A DNA stretch of 64,000 nucleotides, taken from contig OZ024741.1 in the NCBI GenBank assembly GCA_964016885.1, positions 38,564,001 to 38,628,000 on the forward strand, given 5' to 3'. The position numbers were made by a program, and so were the translations under genes. Shown here piece after piece: positions 49,616-61,984 of this stretch (positions are counted from its first letter, which is position 1; each line of letters begins with the position of its first letter). Below the pieces are notes generated by a model, which was not told the origin of the DNA, ran no database searches, and worked only from the letters and a program-made list of their open reading frames with translations. Source of the stretch: Eledone cirrhosa (Eukaryota).

Positions 49616-50419
49616 GGCCGTATTCTCCCGACGGCGTCTTTACAACTTCACCAGGATTTACGGATCCATTCATACATAGTGACTCTCTGGTTACACAATT
49701 TAGTGACTTAGAGAAAAGAATATCATAATGCTACACGAAGAATAAAATGAATATTAATCAATCTGGTACCGACCAGAACAACTAGAGGACAGAAATGATG
49801 AAATATTTCTTCGGCTGTTTATTGACAAATCTGAAAGTCTATCAGAAAAGTTACTTTCAGCTGGACGTATCGTAAAGATAATTATTTAGAATTACAGGAA
49901 GCCGTGACGCAGGTGCAACGTGTAAGTTTCAAACAATGATTAGAGCTCATAAGACGGGAAATTGTTTCTGCTATCTATGCGATTGGAGATACTCTCGTAA
50001 AGAATGAAATCCCTTGAGTAAGAATGTAAAAGAAAATAATAAAATATATACAATTATTATTCACGATGAATGTGAAAAGATGGACAAAAAGAAAGTAGCC
50101 ATAGCATTTTCCGTTTTTGAGAAATGGAAATTCGACGATGAAACAACGTTATTCAAATTTGAACTTATCAAAATGAGAAGTGGTCTCAGTAATGTTAAAC
50201 GAGTTTCAAATTAGCAAAGATGTTTGATGGAATCAATAAGGGAATTGTCGGATATATTTTGAAATAATTATTTTATTTATAATTAGGAAAAAAGATAAGC
50301 AGAAATATGATGTGTACGAAATATATATGTAATATATGACAACGAAAAGCTCTGAATAGATAAATACAGCGGATAAAGAAAGAATATTAAATTCAAGTAG
50401 AGCGCCGGAGAACATTAGT

Positions 50420-50595
50420 GGCATAGAGTTATGGCCCTTCACGTTCTGATTTTAAGTCCCACCGAGGTTAGCTTTACCTTTCATCCCTCCGGGGTCGATA
50501 AAATAAAGCACCAGTAATGCACTGGGGTCAATTTAATCAACTGTCCCCTCCCTTCAAATTACTGGCCTTGTGCCTAAAGTAGAAACAATTATTCA
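50420..50595 (+). mobile_element. tRNA-derived SINE fragment (MetaSINE-like core)
   Basis: CCTTTCATCCCTCCGGGGTCGATAAAATAAAG..GGCCTTGTGCCTAAAGTAGAAAC. Confidence 0.7.
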
Positions 50596-50899
50596 ATTAA
50601 AGTAAAAATAGACAATAAAGTGCTCTGCATTATTGGAAGATGGAATTGGTGAGGGATAAACTAAAATAGAAAGAATAATAATGTGGTTGATAAGATTAAG
50701 GCCGTACCCCAACATGGTCGCAGTCTAACGACAGAAACCAGTAAAATTTAAAAGAGCAAAAATGTTTGATTTTTATCATGGAAAAGGTTCAAATACAACC
50801 GAATTCGAGTTTGTTATTGATACTATTGTATACACATTGCTTACAGATAACTTTACGGCCAAAAACTAGCTGTATATAATGTAGACATCCAAGTAGATT

Positions 50900-51285
50900 G
50901 GAGGCGCGGGGCTTAGTGGTAAGGGTGTTGGACTTACGATCATTATGTCATGGGATCGATTCCTGGGCTGGGTTGCGTGTTGTGTTTTTGAACAAAACAC
51001 TTCATTCCACGTTACTCCAGTTTGCTCAGCTGAACCAGGTGTTAAAAGTAAGCAAAACTGATATTTAAAAGATAATATAATTTTTACTTACATTACCATT
51101 AGTAAATACCTATGCCGTTGCTCCAGTATATTCAGATGGAAATGAGTACCAGTAATAGCTAGAAGTTTAACCTTGCGATAGACTGGCGTCCTGTCCAGGG
51201 TGGAGTGTGTACCCTCAGTCGCTTCACGCCATGAAACTGGAATAAGCGACGGCCTGACGAGCCTTCTGGCGTGAAACAGACTTTA
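50900..51285 (+). mobile_element. Second tRNA-derived SINE family (V-SINE-like), interrupted
   Basis: A-box GGCTTAGTGG, B-box GGATCGATTCC and CCTTGCGATAGACTGGCGTCCTGTCCAGGG segment. Confidence 0.6.
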
Positions 51286-51288
51286 GAC

Positions 51289-51576
51289 CAGTCATGGGCA
51301 ACCTGCGGCCCGCGAAGCTTTCTGAATGGCACGTCTAAGTTACCTAAATGAAATTTTTCTGATTTTTTACCCCAACTTTCAGTCGTAATTTATCGTTCTA
51401 TCAATTTTTGCGATCGAGGAAAACAACTGTACGAATTCTGAAGAAACAAATCGAAACAACCTGAGTTACCACCCTTTTTTTTAATGTGGGCACGAATGTA
51501 AATTAGTGCTTGCGGCCTGCCTGAAGGTGAGCCATATCTCATGCGGCCCGCTTCTCGGAAATGTTGTCCATGCCTG
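51289..51576. mobile_element. hAT (Charlie/Buster-type) MITE
   Basis: TIRs CAGTCATGGGCAAC / GTTGTCCATGCCTG, perfect 8-bp TSD CTTTAGAC, and subterminal GCGGCCCGC repeats. Confidence 0.9.
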
Positions 51577-52254
51577 CTTTAGACGAAGAGTTAGACCAAC
51601 CAGTTTAGCCAATCAGAAAATAAAACTATCGGAATAGAAAGTAGACAGTTCTTTTGGTTTTGGCATTCATTCCTCGCCATAACCCTCAACATGATCATCA
51701 CCACCATCTCCACTACCATCACCAGTACTACACCATGGTGATATAGTAGTAGTTATTGTTGTTCTTCATGATGGTGATGATGGTGATGATGCTAATGATG
51801 TAGATGTTGATATTTTTGATGATGATGATGATGATGGTGAAGTGGTGGTGATTTTATTGTGATGGTGGTGGTGCTGCTGCTGTTGCTGATGATGATGCCG
51901 TTAATAATGAGAGTGATGGTTGTGGTGCTGCTGATGATGATATTGTTTATTATGTTTATGTAGTTTATGACGATGATGAAGGTGTTGATAATATACATGA
52001 CGTTGGTGTTGATGTAGATGTTGATGGTCTAGTCAATGATGATGATGATGAGGATGAAAAGGATAACGATGAGGCAGTATCATATAAACAGGATAAAAGG
52101 TGGGTAACCTAGGAATTCGTTCGAAATATAACCCCCACCACCCCCACACCACCCGTTGTCATCATATAAATGGGCCTGTCCCATCATCTTTGAAATTTAG
52201 ATACGCTGCGTTGCTAATTAATTGGATTGTGTAACGACAATCAACTACACCTAC

Positions 52255-52856
52255 CATAGAATAACATAAAATAATATAAAATAATATAAAATAACATAAA
52301 ATACAATAAAATACAATAAAATAAAATAAAATAAAATAAAAATTAAAAAATATAAAATATCATAAAATACAATAAAATAACATAAAATAAAATAAAATAA
52401 AATAAAATAAAATAAAATAAAATAAAATGAAATGAAATGAAATGAAATAAAATAAAATAAAATAAAATAAAATAAAATAAAATAAAATAAAATAAAATAA
52501 AATAAAATAAAATAAAATAAAATGAAATAAAATAAAATACAATAAAATAACATAGAATGCAATAAAATAAAATAACATAAAATACAATAAAATGAAATAA
52601 AATGAAATAAAATGAAATAAAATGAAATAAAATAAAATGAAATAAAATAAAATAAAATAACATAAAATACAATAAAATAACATAGAATGCAATAAAATAA
52701 AATAAAATAAAATAAAATACAATAAAATAAAATAAAATACAATAAAATAACATAAAATACAATAAAATAAAATAAAATACAATAAAATAAAATAAAATAC
52801 AATAAAATAACATAAAATACAATAAAATAACAAAATACAATAAAATAAAATAAAAT
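52255..52856. repeat. (AAAAT)n pentanucleotide array
   Basis: Seen directly. Confidence 0.95.
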
Positions 52857-53180
52857 GCACGTCGAGCTAAGGAGGCCAAACTCTCCAAGTACCGGTCGTT
52901 CTCCGATAGGTTTGCGGTCGTGCCCTTGGCAGTGGAGACTTCTGGTGCCCTTGGCCTAAGCGCTACCTCCCTATTCACCACCATAGGCGCTGAGCTGGCC
53001 AGCCGCAGGTGTGAACCTCGCGAGTTGGAATGGCTCTTCCAGCCCATCTCCCTCACCATCCTCTAGGGAAACGCCTTCTCCATCCTGTCCACCCGGGATG
53101 TGGGAAGGTCAGCACGTGGGACCCCATTTGCTCACCATACGGATTAATAGGCAAAGTTATAAATTATTGTAAATAAATAA
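52857..53180 (+). mobile_element. CRE-like RLE retrotransposon 3' fragment
   Basis: Plus-frame KEAKLSKY..FAVVPLAVETSGALG..WLFQPISLTIL*GNA, matching the K..KY/P.A.ET.G/QRGNA signature. Confidence 0.7.
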
Positions 53181-53229
53181 TTATTGTGGCTTGCATGAAA
53201 ATAAAAAGAGAAAAATTAAAGAGAGAAGG

Positions 53230-53565
53230 AATATTGCTGGCATATCTTTCTGTTCCTTCACATCCGGCATCACTAAAGATGGTTTTCTGTCCTGAAATAT
53301 TGTTGGCATATCTTTCTGTTCCTTCACATCCGGCATCACTAAAGATGGTGTTCTGTCCTGAAATATTGCTGGCATATCTTTCTGTTCCTTCACATCCGGC
53401 ATCACTAAAGATGGTGTTCTGTCCTGAAATATTGTTGGCATATCTTTCTGTTCCTTCACATCCGGGCACCACTAAAGATGGTTTTCTGTCCTGAAATATT
53501 GTTGGCATATCTTTCTGTTCCTTCACATCCGGCATCACTAAAGATGGTATTCTGCCCTGAAATAT
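53230..53565. repeat. 66-bp minisatellite, about 5 copies
   Basis: AATATTG(C/T)TGGCATATC recurs at 53230, 53296, 53362 and onward. Confidence 0.95.
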
Positions 53566-53629
53566 GATGTTACTGTAAGACGTACCATTGTAACCCCCCC
53601 CCCCCAAAAAAAATACTAATAATAATAAT

Positions 53630-53800
53630 AATTGTTTCTACTTTTGGCACAAGGCCAGCAATTATTCCACTGTATTACTGGTACTTTATTTTATCGACTC
53701 TGTAAGGATGAAAGGCAAAGTTAACCTCGGCGGGATTTGAACTCAGACCATAAAGGGCCGTAACTATGGCATCCGACCCTCTTCCGATACTGCCAATAAT
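53630..53800 (-). mobile_element. tRNA-derived SINE (MetaSINE-like core)
   Basis: Same family as 23882-24068. Confidence 0.75.
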
Positions 53801-53869
53801 AACAACAACTATAACAACGAAAACAACAACAGAAACAAAATACAGAAAAAGAAAATTACTTAACAACAA

Positions 53870-54565
53870 CTACAACTACAATAACAACAGCAACTAAAAC
53901 AATTACAATAACAACTACAACAATAACAACAAAATACAGAAACAAACAACAAAATGACAACAACTACAACTACAACTGCAAGAACTACAACAACAACTAC
54001 AACAACAACTACAACTTCAACAACAACAACAGCAATAACTACAACAACAACAACAGCAACTGCAAGAACTACAACAACAACAACAACAACAGCAACTGCA
54101 AGAACTACAATAACAACAACAGTAACTGCAAGAACTACAATAACAACAACAACAGCAACTGCAAGAACTACAACAACAACTACAACAACAACTACAACCT
54201 ACAACTACAACAATGACAACTACTGCAACAACTACAACTGCAACAACAACAACTGCAACAACAACTACAGCAACAACTACAACAACAACAACAACTACTA
54301 CAACAACAACTGCAACAACAACTACAACAACAACAACAACAACAAAATATTAGATGTGGAAGTAGGCGGAGTGATAATTTTATATATATAAATCTAAAAA
54401 CAACATAAATACAAATATAAAAACAACATAAATACAAATATAAAAACAACATAAATACAAATATAAAAACAACATAAATACAAATATAAAAACAACATAA
54501 ATACAAATATAAAAACAACATAAATACAAATATAAAAACAACATAAGTACAAATATAAAAACAAC
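53870..54565. repeat. (CAA)n-type tract followed by a 23-bp minisatellite (54395-54565)
   Basis: Seen directly. Unit AAAACAACATAAATACAAATATA. Confidence 0.9.
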
Positions 54566-54829
54566 ATATATATATATAAGACACAAAAAATCTTTTTGGA
54601 AGTAACCATGCCAACGTAACATTTCGTATTTTTTTCTCATTTTATTTTTGAAAAATGAAAAAAAAGGTGAGCTGTATAAATATAAGAACAACAATAGCAA
54701 CAACAACATTAACATCAATAATAATAATAGCAGCAACAACAACAATAGCAACAACAACAATAATAATAATAATGCATATAAAATTGGTGAAATTGTTGAC
54801 ATAAATTTATAGTAGCATCTGGCTTGCAT

Positions 54830-54937
54830 TACGTATGTATGTATGTATGTATGTAAGTATGTATGTATGTATGTATGTATGTATGTATGTATGTATGTAT
54901 GTATGTATGTATGTATGTATGTATGTATATGTATGTA

Positions 54938-54968
<31 letters not shown>

Positions 54969-55419
54969 ATGTATGTATGTATGTATGCGTGTATGTATGT
55001 ATGTTAGTGTGTATGTATGTGTATATGTATGTGTGTATGTATGTATGTATGTATGTATGTATGTATGTATGTATGTATGTATGTATGTATGTATGTATGT
55101 ATGTATGTATGTGTGTATGTATGTGTGTATGTATGCATGTATGTATGTATGTATGTATGTATGTATGTATGTATGTGTGTATGTATGTGTGTATGTATGT
55201 ATGTATATATGTGTGTGTATGCATGTATCTATGCGTGTATGTATGTGTGTATGTATGTATGTATGTATGTGTGTGTGTTTGCATGTATGTATATGTGTGT
55301 GTGTGTATATGCATGTATGTATGCGTGTATGTGTGTATGTATGTATGTATGTATGTATGTATGTATGTGTGTATGTATGTATGTATGTATGTATGTATGT
55401 ATGTATGTATGTATGTATG

Positions 55420-55451
<32 letters not shown>

Positions 55452-55453
55452 TG

Positions 55454-55484
<31 letters not shown>

Positions 55485-55615
55485 GTATGTTTGTGTATGC
55501 ATATATGTATGTATGCGTGTATGTATGTATGTATGTGTGTATGTATGTGTGTATGTATGTATGTATGTATGTGTATGTATGTGTGTATGTGTGTATGTGT
55601 GTATGTATATATGTT
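54830..55615. repeat. (TATG)n array
   Basis: Seen directly. Confidence 0.95.
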
Positions 55616-55616
55616 T

Positions 55617-55908
55617 GTTCTTCTGGTTTTATAATTTCACAAATTTTTACCAATAGAGAGAGAGTCTAACATAGACACAAGACTCTCTCATTGGAATTTA
55701 CACAACATCAACTAGGTAGATATGTATGCATGTCTGCATGTGTAGATATGGATGTTATTGTATGCGTATGTTTTGAGTTGTATGTGTGCATGTGCATATG
55801 CTTTGTATCTGTACATGTGTATATGCAGTTATTAGATGCAAAATCTTTGAAATGTTGTACATATTTTTACTGATCCATTAATGGATTGTACTTGTAATTT
55901 CCTAACTA
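55617..55908 (-). mobile_element. R4/Dong-like 3' fragment (family 1, second copy)
   Basis: Matches 41393-41700 but has a different 5' truncation point. (TATG)n on both sides. Confidence 0.85.
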
Positions 55909-56256
55909 TGTATGTATGTATGTATGTATGTATGTATGTATGTATGTATGTATGTATGTATGTATGTATGAGAGATGACCCCTTAGCCTTTGTCAAGGCA
56001 GAATTCTAGGAGAAGGAAAACTCTGATATAAGACCTGCAACCCTGATGGTATCCAATGATATATAACAAAGAAAATATATAACAAAGAAATTGTGGTAAG
56101 GAACCAGATCGACCATAACGCACCAAAGTACTCAATACTTAGGGTAGTAGCTCTCCCGTCGGGGTCATACTTTTTCCTATTTCCCACTGTACTATCCTAA
56201 GTATTGAGTACTCTGGTGCGTTATGGTCCATCTGGTTCCTTACCACAATTCCTTTG

Positions 56257-56305
<49 letters not shown>

Positions 56306-56476
56306 CAATATCTGAGAAAGCTTTTTAGCGATACTCCGGCCAAATTGTAACTCACTCAACAAACATTAGGAAATAAGTGATTATATTCCTAATTAAGCGT
56401 TCGGGGTGCTAACTAAAAGTATTGCGTGGAAAATTGGCTGTATTATTTCATATGAGACATATCGAATATATCTCTT

Positions 56477-56603
56477 CCCAGACGGACGTCTCGTTTCATT
56501 ATAGGATTCCTACAATTTGGGTGAAATTATACCAATTTATGTAGGAGCTTGTATACCATCAATAGATATATATTCAAGTGGGCTCCTATAATTCATCAGT
56601 GGG
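56477..56603 (-). ncRNA. Type-I hammerhead ribozyme with enlarged stem II (unit 1)
   Basis: Reverse complement CCCA-CTGATGA-ATTATAGGA[77 nt]TCCTATAAT-GAAA-CG agacgtc CG-TC-TGGG. Confidence 0.85.
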
Positions 56604-57178
56604 TGCCCCAATAATACTAATATTGATAATCTAACCAACATCAGTATTTAGCGATAATCATCATCAGTGCCTGAGGTATCTGTCAGGTTGCCAGTCCAGC
56701 AGTTCTGAAGAAATGCTCAAACTGATTCAAAGATGAGGAAGTAAATTACCACCAAAAAAAACAATACATGCGCATGACAATGAACTCTAAAAGGAATTCA
56801 GGCCACGTGCTAGAACTCAATTGGAAATTGAAAAAATATCTATGTGTGTACAACGTTTGATGACACACACAGATATTTTCTCGGGCAAAATAACAGAATG
56901 AGATATAAGGAACAATCAATATTCATATATAAAATAAATAAACAAAGAAAGTCTAACCTTATACCAAAAATTTCAAATCTGTTGCACCAAGCGTAAATAA
57001 ATAAATACAATATCGGAGAAAGCTTTTTAGCGATACTCCGGCCAAATTGCAACTCACTCAACAAACATTAGGAAATAAGTGATTATATTCCTAATTAAGC
57101 GTTCGGGGTGTTAACTAAAAGTATTGCGTGGAAAATTGGCTGTATTATTTCATATGAGACATATCGAATATATCTCTT

Positions 57179-57305
57179 CCCAGACGGACGTCTCGTTTCA
57201 TTATAGGATTCCTACAATTTGGGTGAAATTATACCAATTTATGTAGGAGCTTGTATACCATCAATAGATATATATTCAAGTGGGCTCCTATAATTCATCA
57301 GTGGG
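57179..57305 (-). ncRNA. Type-I hammerhead ribozyme with enlarged stem II (unit 2)
   Basis: Identical core and stems to unit 1. Confidence 0.85.
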
Positions 57306-57880
57306 TGCCCCAATAATACTAATATTGATAATCTAACCAACATCAGTATTTAGCGATAATCATCATCAGTGCCTGAGGTATCTGTCAGGTTGCCAGTCCA
57401 GCAGTTCTGAAGAAATGCTCAAACTGATTCAAAGATGAGGAAGTAAATTACCACCAAAAAAAACAATACATGCGCATGACAATGAACTCTAAAAGGAATT
57501 CAGGCCACGTGCTAGAACTCAATTGGAAATTGAAAAAATATCTATGTGTGTACAACGTTTGATGACACACACAGATATTTTCTCGGGCAAAATAACAGAA
57601 TGAGATATAAGGAACAATCAATATTCATATATAAAATAAATAAACAAAGAAAGTCTAACCTTATACCAAAAATTTCAAATCTGTTGCACCAAGCGTAAAT
57701 AAATAAATACAATATCGGAGAAAGCTTTTTAGCGATACTCCGGCCAAATTGCAACTCACTCAACAAACATTAGGAAATAAGTGATTATATTCCTAATTAA
57801 GCGTTCGGGGTGTTAACTAAAAGTATTGCGTGGAAAATTGGCTGTATTATTTCATATGAGACATATCGAATATATCTCTT

Positions 57881-58007
57881 CCCAGACGGACGTCTCGTTT
57901 CATTATAGGATTCCTACAATTTGGGTGAAATTATATCAATTTATGTAGGAGCTTGTATACCATCAATAGATATATATTCAAGTGGGCTCCTATAATTCAT
58001 CAGTGGG
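57881..58007 (-). ncRNA. Type-I hammerhead ribozyme with enlarged stem II (unit 3)
   Basis: Identical core and stems. The array ends 1 nt beyond stem I. Confidence 0.85.
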
Positions 58008-58028
58008 TATATATATAAACGTTTGAGG

Positions 58029-58075
<47 letters not shown>

Positions 58076-58102
58076 CATACGATACATACATACATATATA
58101 TG

Positions 58103-58247
<145 letters not shown>

Positions 58248-58376
58248 GTGTGTGTATGTAAAAGGTATTCAGTATATATATATATATACATATATACACA
58301 TAAATATGCATACATACATACATAAATACACACTCACACAGATATGTATGTATGCATGAGTATATATATATACACT

Positions 58377-58785
58377 GGGAGAGATGACCCCTTAGCCTTT
58401 GTCAAGGCAGAATTCTAGGAGAAGGAAAACTCTGATATAACACCTGCAACCCTGATGGTATCCAATGATGTTGACTAGTTCTTCTTTTTGGTAAATATCA
58501 TCTTGGTTAAGAGAGTGGGACTGGCTTTGTGCAGTGCCTTTGCTCACTATAAAAGCTTCACGGCACAGGCATTGCTTTATATCTGGAGATCTCTCCGCAC
58601 TTGTCGTCACATGGTACCATGGGCCCAACACTGTGTCAATAGTTGTCACAAGTGTAGTGTTTGTACCAGAGTTTTCAAGTCGCTGGCTGGACTAAAAAGT
58701 CACACTCGTTCAGCGCATCGGTAGGGGTTCTCCTACATGGATATAAAGTAGTGGTCGTACTCGAAAACGAGTTGGCAGCCACCAT
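58377..58785 (+). mobile_element. Bipartite RTE-derived non-autonomous element, 5'-truncated
   Basis: Matches 59397-59807 and is followed by a long (GTAT)/(TA) tail. Confidence 0.9.
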
Positions 58786-58870
58786 ATATATATATGTATG
58801 TATGTATATATATGTATGTATGTATGTATATATATGTATGTATGTATGTATATATATATATGTATGTATG

Positions 58871-58903
<33 letters not shown>

Positions 58904-59084
58904 GTGTATGTATATATGTATGTATGTATATATATATGTATGTATGTATATATATATGTATGTATGTATGTATATATGTATGTATATATATATGTATGTA
59001 TGTATATATATATGTATGTATATGTGTATGTATGTATGTATGTATGTATGTATATATATATATATGTATGTATATGTATGTATA

Positions 59085-59119
<35 letters not shown>

Positions 59120-59197
59120 GTATGTATGTATGTATGTATGTATGTATGTATGTATGTATGTATGTATGTATGTATGTATGTATGTATATATATTTAT

Positions 59198-59807
59198 GTC
59201 AGGTCACCAGTTGGTGCTACTGGTAACATGTATTCCAGTACAACCTGTCCCATGGTCGGGTCGTTGGCGACTAAACTGGCAACCCCACCAAGGTTTCTTG
59301 GTGAGGAGGGTGACTTTGGACATCCTGCAGGACTAAAAACAAAACCTGTCAAAAGGCAAAGGAGCTCTTAAGAGTCAATGGCCATCCAAAATCACCGGGA
59401 GAGATGACCCCTTAGCCTTTGTCAAGGCAGAATTCTAGGAGAAGGAAAACTCTGATATAACACCTGCAACCCTGATGGTATCCAATGATGTTGACTTGTT
59501 CTTCTTTTTGGTAAATATCATCTTGGTTAAGAGAGTGGGACTGGCTTTGTGCAGTGCCTTTGCTCACTATAAAAGCTTCACGGCACAGGCATTGCTTTAT
59601 ATCTGGAGATCTCTCTGCATTTGTCGTTACATGGTACCATGGGCCCAGCACTATGTGTCAATAATTGTCACAAGTGTAGTGTTTGTACCAGAGCTTTCAA
59701 GTCGCTGGCTGGACTAAAAAGTCACACTCGTTCAGCGCATCAGTAGGGGTTCTCCTACATGGATATAAAGTAGTGGCCGTACTCGAAAACGAGTTGGCAG
59801 CCACCAT
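59198..59807 (+). mobile_element. Bipartite RTE-derived non-autonomous element, full length (about 610 bp)
   Basis: The middle is homologous to the LINE 5' UTR (CCCCTTAGCC..TCTAGGAGAAGG..GAGAGTGGGA..CTCACT.TAAAA..GCACAGGCATTGC). The 3' part is homologous to the last zinc finger and the tail stem-loop GGCC.TACTCGA.AACGAG..GCAGCCA.CAT. Confidence 0.92.
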
Positions 59808-59837
59808 ATATATACATACATATATAATATATATATA

Positions 59838-60260
59838 AGCACCTTCATCATCATAATCAGCAGCAGCTGGACATCTACGTACTTAGCAGCACCTTCATCA
59901 TCATAATCAGCAGCAGCTGGACATCTACGTACTTAGCAGCACCTTCATCATCATCAGTAGCAGCAGCAGCAGGACATCTACGTACTTAGCAGCACCTTCA
60001 TCATCATCAGCAGCAGCAGCAGCAGGACATCTACGTACTTAGCAGCACCTTCATCATCATCAGCAGCAGCAGCAGCAGGACATCTACGTACTTAGCAGCA
60101 CCTTCATCATCATCAGTAGCAGCAGCAGCAGGACATCTACGTACTTAGCAGCACCTTCATCATCATCATCAGCAGCAGCAGCAGGACATCTACGTACTTA
60201 GCAGCACCTTCATCATCATCATCAGCAGCAGCATGACATCTACGTACACAGCATCACCTT
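59838..60260. repeat. About 50-55-bp minisatellite with variable (CAT)n(CAG)n
   Basis: GGACATCTACGTACTTAGCAGCACCTT recurs about 7-8 times. Confidence 0.9.
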
Positions 60261-60329
60261 CATCATCAGCAGCAGCATCATCAGAAGCATCACCACTATC
60301 ACCAGATCCCCACTGTCATTATCACCACA

Positions 60330-60598
60330 CTTCTCTTCTTCTTCTTCTTCTTCTTCTTCTTCTCCTTCTTCTTCTTCTTCTTCTCCTTCTTCTTCTTCTT
60401 CTTCTTCGTCTCCTTCTTCTTCTTCTTCTTCTTCTTCTTCTTCTTCTTTTTCTTCTTCTTCTTCTTCTTCTTCTTCTTCTTCTTCTTCTTCTTCTTCTTC
60501 TTCGTCTTCGTCTTCTTCTTCTTCTTCTTCTTCTTCTTCTTCTTCTTCTTCTTCTTCTTCTTCTTCTTCTTCTTCGTTTCCCTCTTCTTCTTCTTCTT

Positions 60599-60629
<31 letters not shown>

Positions 60630-60733
60630 TCCTCCTCCTCCTCCTCCTCCTCATCCTCCTCCTCCTCATCCTCCTCCTCCTCCTCCTTCTTCTTCTTCTT
60701 CTTCTTCTTCTTCTTCTTCGTCTCCCTCTTCTT

Positions 60734-60764
<31 letters not shown>

Positions 60765-61227
60765 TCCTCCTCCTCCTCCTCCTCCTTCTTCTTCTTCTTC
60801 TTTTTCTCCTTCTCCTCCTCCTCCTCCTCCTCCTCCTCCTCCTCCTTCTTCTTCTTTTTCTCCTCCTCCTCCTCCTCCTCCTCCTCCTCCTCCTCCTTCT
60901 TCTTCTTCTTCGTCTTCTTTTTTCTTCTTCTTCTCCTCCTCCTCCTCCTCCTCCTCCTCCTTCTTCTTCTTCTTCTTCTTCTTCTTCTTCGTCGTCGTCG
61001 TCGTCTTCTTCTTCTTCTTCTTCTTCTTCTTCTCCTTCTTCTCCTCCTCCTCCCCCTCCCCCCCCCTCCCCCCCCCTCCCCCCTCCTCCTCCTCCTTCTT
61101 CTTCTTCTTCTTCTTCTCCTCATCATCATCATCTTCACCACCTAACCATTATTGTCAACAGCCACATCATCACCCTACGGCTGTTGCCATCAATATCATC
61201 TTCACCATCAGCATTATCGGCACTGTC

Positions 61228-61258
<31 letters not shown>

Positions 61259-61860
61259 CCACTACAACAACCACCACCACCACAACAAAACAACAACCAC
61301 CACCATCACCATCACCACCACCACCACCACCACCACCACCACCACCACCATCAATATCATCCTCACCACCACCACAACCATCACCACCACCACCACCACT
61401 ACCACCACCACCACCACCACCACCACCACCACCACCACCACCACTAACACCACCACCACCATCAATATCATCCTCACCACCACCACAACCATCACCACCA
61501 CCACCACCACTACCACCATCACCATCACCACCACCACCACCACCACCACCACCACCACCACCACCACCACCACCACCACCAACACCACCACCACCACCAC
61601 CACCACCACCACCACTAACACCACCACCACCATCAATATCATCCTCACCACCACCACAACCATCACCACCACCACCACCACTACCACCATCACCATCACC
61701 ACCACCACCACCGCAACCAGCCACCATCACCACCACCACCACCACCACCACCACAACATTCCGTCACCACCATCACCGCCACCACCACCATCATCTCTAG
61801 CCCACCACTAACACCATCACAACAACCATCATCACCATCACCACCATCATCATCATCTTC
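60330..61860. repeat. (CTT)n/(CCT)n followed by (CAC)n trinucleotide fields
   Basis: Seen directly. Confidence 0.95.
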
Positions 61861-61984
61861 ATCATCCTGAATATCATTATTGGGACTCAGGTGTGTCGAC
61901 CTATTCATGGCGGGCCTTGGAAACTGATCATACGCAAGAAGAAGAAGAAGAGGCATCATTGTTATCATTATAGTTACGTCCCAG

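Larger units (their letters stand above)
56301..58008 (-). repeat. 702-bp tandem repeat, about 2.4 near-identical units, one hammerhead per unit (retrozyme-like)
   Basis: Exact period of 702 (56477, 57179, 57881), only a few substitutions between units, (TA)n on both flanks. Confidence 0.95.

Noticed and set aside
49650-50215. Possible highly decayed RLE retrotransposon or exon
   Set aside because: Only a faint resemblance (..IHDEC..). It cannot be supported without a translated profile search.
51251-51285. CTGACGA-GCC ttct GGC-gt-GAAA resembling a hammerhead
   Set aside because: Extra bases precede GAAA and there is no stem III or stem I partner. It lies in a SINE tail.
56655-56672. A second CTGATGA in each 702-bp unit
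   Set aside because: No properly placed stem II, GAAA or cleavage triplet follows it.
56840-57064. 74-aa ORF in the 702-bp unit, and possible rolling-circle translation since 702 is divisible by 3
   Set aside because: TTG start, AT-rich composition and an in-frame stop. There is no recognisable domain and no endless ORF in the ORF track.
59198-59330. HDV-like or twister assignment for the RTE-derived head
   Set aside because: A 7-bp G-U-started helix and a CTAA junction exist, but I could not place P3/L3/P1.1 or the twister consensus. It is kept only as an unassigned structured RNA.
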